Below, piece by piece: positions 57,794-64,000 of a stretch of 64,000 nucleotides of DNA. The DNA is from Podarcis pityusensis (Eukaryota). The first letter of the stretch is position 1; each line of letters opens with the position of its first letter. Under the pieces are notes generated by a model, which was not told the DNA's origin, searched no databases, and saw only the letters and a list, made by a program, of their open reading frames with translations. The stretch is taken from NCBI GenBank assembly GCA_964106645.2, contig OZ067046.1; one strand, written 5' to 3'. The position numbers and the translations under genes were made by a program.

Positions 57794-60607
57794 AAAATTG
57801 CAGCAAATAACTTATTTTGTAAAACTCACTTTGAAATAAATTTGTTTATCAATAAATAGCTCTGCATTTTAAATTCAAAACATACCTGTATTTCTTGTCA
57901 TTAAAAAGTTTCTAAATTTAGATTGCAACAATCTAACTGTGGATGGAAACAGGAAAGGGCCTCTCTAGCCTCTTCTAATTCTTGCACTGTAGGCAGGGCA
58001 TCCAAGCATGCTATTGCAGCCCAGCCTCAACAGCCTGTGTGAACAGGTACATACATTACAGGCTCCACAGGTCACCTGGATCCTACCAAGTTGAAAGCTA
58101 CAGTACCCCTGATGGCCATCTGTTGTTAATCTGGAGATCCCATAAACACTAGTGTTTATCAGCCAATTCTTGGCCAACACACCAAAGTTAATTGGGTCCT
58201 TTAACCAGGGGTCAAAATTTGCTCATTAGCAACTCAGTTCAATGGGGATTAAACATAACCAGTAATAAAGACCACAGACTCAAGACTAAAATGAACTAAA
58301 ATGAATCAGTCAGCTTATTGGTGTCCAATGCTTCTTTCAAAGCATATTATTACGTTTATATGGAAGATAATGATACTCTGAACTTTGAATCACAGCATAG
58401 GAACATAAAAACAATGTAGTACTGCAAAAATAAAATATATTAAGAATTGTATAAGAACAACATTAAAATAGCTTTAACAAAGCAATCCATCAGAGTTTAT
58501 TTCCTTTCTTAATTGACGATTTGGCCTCCTTTTGACTTATTCCAGCCCATCTAGTTGTGAAACAGAATTTCTCACATATTAGCAATTTGGAATAAAGTTG
58601 GAATAAAGTTCAGTTACCCATCCATGGCTGTGAGCCAGGATCCTGTGGGTTTCAGCTGAGTGAAAACACATGAAGCAAAGTTGAACAGACAGCAAGTGGA
58701 GGGAGTTGGGGAGAATGTTTCTTTGTAAAAGTATGGTGCTGTTTTTAAATTTACCATCATCTAAGATGCTAACATCTCACATGCAGTGTTAGAAACTGAG
58801 ATATGAAAGCTAAAAGCTAAATGGCACCTTAAGCCTAGGTTATGGGTGCAACAATGGAATGTCTAGGCACACTTTGTTATAACAAAAATACAAAGCTGAA
58901 AATGAATGAACTGCAGCTAAAATATTAATTTTTCACATGGTCTAGGCCTTCACCTGCCCACCCCCCTAATATTCTTAAGAGGGTATCTTCTCCAGTCTTC
59001 AGAGAGTAGCTAGAAGTGGGGAGGCAGAAAAAGGTCCTCCTTTCCCTCTACTCTGCAATTTTAATCTGAAATCTTAAGCGCAGTACTGTGCTCAGAGCTC
59101 AGAAACTGCTCATGCTAATGAAATTCCCTGTTGCAAGATGCGCCTAGAACAATGGGAGTTTCGAGCACTGCTCACATGACTACTGAGAATCAGCAAAAGT
59201 TCCCAATCTGCAAAAGCATGTGGAAATGTTGCAAAGCTTATTTTCTTTCATCCATTTTGATCCATGGTGGCTGCTCTACTGTTTGCTGAAAATTGCTGTA
59301 GTTGATGGTTATGTACTTAGTTGGGTTCTGAATAACATCTTCAGGGTAATTGTACAGAGATATGAGCATCATTTTCCTCGGTCTGCAAACTACCCAAGTG
59401 GTGCAGGGAAGGTACCTGAGCATTGCTGTCAATGTTCCTAATTTGAGATCGATGGTGCCTTAGCATTACCATTGGCTATTTGAAAAGGAGCTGTGAATAT
59501 AGGTATGTTTTTAAGATTATAAATTCTGGCAGAAGTTAAGTAAAAACTAGGCAAATTTGTTTTAGTTTAAAAATACTATCTCACCAAATATTTTTCCTAC
59601 ATCTACAATGAGTTTCCTACTTTCCTGTAGTAGTAAAAGTAGGAGGAACACAAATCTGTTCATTAATGCATTGCATTGCCTGTTTTTTTTAGTTTATGTC
59701 TAGCAGAACAACATTGTCTGGCAAACATCCTCTGCCAAGGAAAATGGCAAGAACATTGATTTCTATATATCTATTTATTTAAAAACCACCCTTCAAGAGA
59801 TTCAGGATAGTATAGAAAAGAGCAAATAAAAGCTAATTCAGAAATATATTGATGCAATTTTAAACCAACAAATAAATATAAAGGACAATAATGAATCAAC
59901 AACAATTAAAACCTAAACAGGCAAAGATGATCTAAAATTAAGACATGAGTTTACTGGTATGGGAAGAAACATTCCTTCAAGTATTTAGCCTAAACCAGTT
60001 AAGACTTTTTAAGATAAATATAGCATCTTAAGTTGGGTTCAGAAGTAAATAGAGTACCAATGACATAACACATGGTTGCGATTCAACATTTTTGTGCACT
60101 ATAGGGATGTGTTATATTTCTTCAGCATGACAAGTTTTAACTGCCAAATTGCTAGCCCAACTCTTATATGGTGTTCAGATTTTGATTTTGAATTCAAGTG
60201 TTGAAAAAGTTTGTTCAAGGCTCTTAAGGGCTATGTTTGGTGTCCCAAACTATGTATCAGCAGCAGCAGACCTGAGCTTAAAGATGAGGTTTGAATTCTA
60301 GAGTGAAGAGAGGAGGCAGAGATTAGCTCTGACTAGAAAGTCAGATAATTATTTCCCCCACCCTTCAGGAACCAAGTTGCAAAGGTGAATGGGGACTTCC
60401 CATAAGTCAGTCCTGAGCTATCACAATGATTTTGGGTAACTCTTTTTGCCCGCATGGACACCAATGATCAACTGATTGCTGGGTCTTGTGAAGCCCCTTG
60501 CAAAACACTCAGCAAGATCCAACACAGATGATTGTCAAGTCATGCAAACCACTGTGCACAGCACTCTGCACAAAGCTGTGTTGCTGATTGGTGTTGCATG
60601 CAAACAC

Positions 60608-60608
<1 letters not shown>

Positions 60609-60648
<40 letters not shown>

Positions 60649-60777
60649 TTACCTACTTACATGCTGCCCATCTGACTGGGTTGCCAGTCACTCTGGGCGG
60701 CTCCCAACAAAAAACAGTAAAAAAAACAACAACTTCAAACACTAAAAACTTCCCTGAACAGGGCTGCCTTCAGATGA
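60609..60777 (-). mobile_element. LINE 3'-tail fragment with (TTA)n microsatellite tail
   Basis: (ata)13 adjoining gcccatctgactgggttgccagtcactctgggcggc...cagggctgccttcagatg. Confidence 0.65.
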
Positions 60778-62588
60778 ACCAGGTATTTACATGCACCACA
60801 ATCTGATGCCATATTTAATATCAGATGCAGGGCAGGTAGTTGTGTCTTGGCTGAAGTGTCTTCATAGGCTAAATGGGAAGACCTAGCAGACCCATGTAGG
60901 CCCACAAGCCAGAGGTTTCTTGCCCCTGTTACAGAGTCAAAAATTCAGTGCTAATATCCCCCTATTATCTCACACAGCTACCCATCTTCGGTTCATGTAG
61001 ACCAGTGTGCAAGTACATAGATGAAGTTGCTAAGTAACAAAATTTGTGTTACGGTTTCTCTGTCACAGCTTCAAGCTAGATCTTTTATTAAATAAATAGG
61101 CTTCCAAAACCTATTTTCGATAGTCAAGACGACTTGTTCAGCTTTGGGATTTGGCATTTCCAGTACATCTGTTCATTCTCAGACAAAATATCCACTGAAC
61201 TTAAGCATAACAAAATACAGGAGGGCCTTCCTATCCTGCATGTTTCAGTGTGATACCTTCAGCTCTTATGGAGAGGAGATTTAGGGTAACACCCTACTCT
61301 TATAAGTGATGTCTTTCTTCCTCAGAAGAAATAGAAACCTTCATCCACGTTTTGTAACTTTTATAGAGGTCTCTGGAAAGAGTTGATTGATTCAGTAACC
61401 ATTTTGTATCTTTGATCTTTGAAATTACATTTCTCTTCTCTCTGATACAAATAAGAGTATTACAGGATCTGTAGCTAAATTCCTGTCGAGAGAAATGAAG
61501 ACATGAGGTAATATCTTACCTAAATCAATGTGACCTTACTTTCCATAACATACAATACACCTATTTGACCTTATTTGCATGTTAATAGATGCATAGGTTT
61601 TATTGTGAGGTCTCTTGACTAGCTCAGTCAACTGAGTCATTGACAACTCAATGTAGTTGTAGATGGAGTATTAAATTCTTTGTCTGTACCCATCAGAATT
61701 AAACCAGCTGAGCTCTGAACTTATCAAAGCTTCTGGGTCATCTTTAATGAGCTAGCCATAAATGTATGCAGACGACTGCAATAAAATTATATGTTGAAAG
61801 TAGTTTGGATCATAGGTGCCCCTGAACTTGCTAATGTGGCTGTGAACTAAATGAGTAAGCTAAGAGAAGGCTCCCATGAAACTCCAGTCAACAGCAGCTG
61901 AATCTGAAAGAAGCAGCCATCCTGTGAAAACCTAACCTGAAGAGCAGAGAGCCGATAGCCACCCAGAATGACCCCACAGTTGCATCAGTGCTGCATAAAT
62001 CTATTTATTTAGCAGTTTTAGCCACAATTGAGGACACTGTGACTAGCTGGGTCAATGAAGCTTTCGACTTCCTAAACAGATGCCTTACCCTACCTACAAC
62101 AAACTATTTTGGAAGCATACCAGAGTTCAAACACAATGTATAAGGAGGTCTGAAGACCCATTTATAAGGAATGATGTTAAGAGTAGAAATCCCAATGAAC
62201 TTCTCCATGTTTGGGCTCAGAAAGAGATGATAGTTCTTCAAGCCCACATATTTTCCAGTTCAATTAAAATCTGTGCTAAAAAAACCAAGTAAGTTTGTGC
62301 ACCACCTAGCCACCTGCCCCCCTTACTACCAAGACATCCTTCCTGTCTGCCCTCACCCCCAAGATCCAGTGGTAGCAGCAGTACATAGAAAGGAGAATTA
62401 GGTCTGTCCCTCTCTCCATGCTTTCTGTGCACCTAATACTCTGCAACCTCCAAGACAAAAAGCAAAGTGGCCATGGGGAAGAGATAGCATGCCTTTCTCA
62501 CTGCCAAATCAATAAATTAGAAGTATGTGAGATTATATTTTGGTAGTGGGGGGGGGGGGACAGAAGAGATGAGTAAATGGGTTGGCTA

Positions 62589-62717
62589 ACAGCCTTCCTG
62601 CAATTCCCTAAGTGAGTCTGTTGCCTTCAGGTGAACTGTCCTACTAACATCAACACTGGCAACAGGACAGTGCACCTGAAGGCAACAGACTCACTTAGGG
62701 AATAGCAGGAAGGCTGT
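62589..62717. repeat. Near-perfect inverted repeat (54-bp arms, 21-nt loop)
   Basis: 62589-62642 vs 62664-62717, 2 mismatches. Confidence 0.95.
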
Positions 62718-64000
62718 GAGGCACACATTGCTCTGTCCTTCAACATGCATTGCTTCTCTCTGCCTCCCATCACCTGCCACCTGAGGCAGTTACCTCACGC
62801 TGGTCTGAACTTCCAATATTTGTTCTTCGGGGGGGGGGGGAGTCCCATCCCCTCTGCCACGTAAATGCACATGTTCACAATTTTGCATGCCTAAAAACCC
62901 CACCAACATTTTATATCATTGCAGATTTGTTCAGCTCACTAACATACAATAGCTTAGTTTTGTACTCCCAAGACAATATAATGCAAATTTACTGAAGCAA
63001 ACTTGCATGAGCATTAGTATATAAACGATAGAAGCGTTACGTAAGGCTAAAAAGGGTGAAACCTCAAAAGGTTGCGGAAGGCAAAATAATTTTATTTTAC
63101 AGCATACTATGACCAATGCGTTTCAGCTCATCACCCCTGGAACAACATGCATAAAACAATGCATTCTAAGTGAACTGCAATGTGGAATAAAATCTGCTGG
63201 CTCCTGAAGAGGCTGACAAGCTGAAATGATAGGGAATACTATATTATTTTGCTTCCAGCATTGTTCCAGGTCTTCAGAGATTCCTCTTTGGTGGGACAGG
63301 AAGCTTCTTGTCCCTTAGGTACCACCCATCTCTTTTTTCTGTTGGCGTTATGAATAAACCAAGTGGCACCATCATTGCAAAGTTGCTTTGAGACAGTTTA
63401 ACTTGGCCAGTTTGTTTTAAATCAGGGTGAGGAACCTATGGCCCAAGAGCCAAACTCTCTCCACAGTCCTGCTTCATGTTCTCCTTGGGTATTTTTGCCT
63501 GAAAGGAATGTTTCCTCGAACTCTGATAATGCCTCTTACTTCTCTGGATGGAAGATTGTGTGTGTGCACGTGTGCGAGCGCATGTGCCTACTGTACAAGG
63601 ATAAAATTTGCTCTCCACCTCTGTTCAAAACAGAGCTAAACAATTTGCTAAACAAACAAAAAACTCCAAAGAGCTGTGTCACCAAGCTTCTCTCTCTCTC
63701 TTTGCATCCAAACACCTGCAGGAAAGGCCCATGAGCGTGCTGCTCTTACATGGCAAAAGTAGTGCCACTAATATTTGGGTGCCTGAGAGCAGCTTAATAT
63801 CCATATTACCTTCCAAACTACTATAGGACAAAAATTCTTATTTGAATGAGTGTCATGTATGTCACAAATAATGGAAGGGGGAATGTGTTAATTCAGTGCT
63901 AGTAGACCATTTAAGGGTATGTTACTAGTTTCCCTTAAAGAAGTTCTTACCCCTCCCCTCAGAAAAACAGTTTAGCAACTAACTAACTTAAAGATTGTTA

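Overview
Vertebrate genomic DNA from a squamate; the Sauria SINE and the repeat spectrum suggest a lizard, possibly a lacertid (inference). Almost the whole window is the 3' part of RAPGEF2 (PDZ-GEF1/CNrasGEF) on the minus strand. I traced 23 coding exons from 50615 down to the TAA stop at 7807-7809. All have GT-AG boundaries and consistent phases, giving 1471 codons that cover the cNMP-binding, REM, PDZ, RA and CDC25/RasGEF domains and a C-terminal -SAV motif. The start-codon exon(s) were not found and probably lie beyond 64000. A ~3.1 kb 3'UTR ends near an AATAAA at 4729-4734 and spans a 148-N assembly gap. Most notable observations: (1) a candidate cluster of frame-preserving microexons of 9, 6 and 24 nt just after the RasGEF domain, each with a UGC motif upstream of its acceptor; (2) a hAT-type insertion with an 8-bp TSD in the 3'UTR that contains inverted copies of its own flanking UTR, predicting a ~940-nt fold-back in the mRNA; (3) a sense-strand-specific 55-nt 3'UTR hairpin; (4) a downstream local duplication whose second copy carries three TE insertions with empty sites preserved in the first copy. 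Introns otherwise hold typical squamate SINEs, LINE fragments, MITEs and simple repeats.
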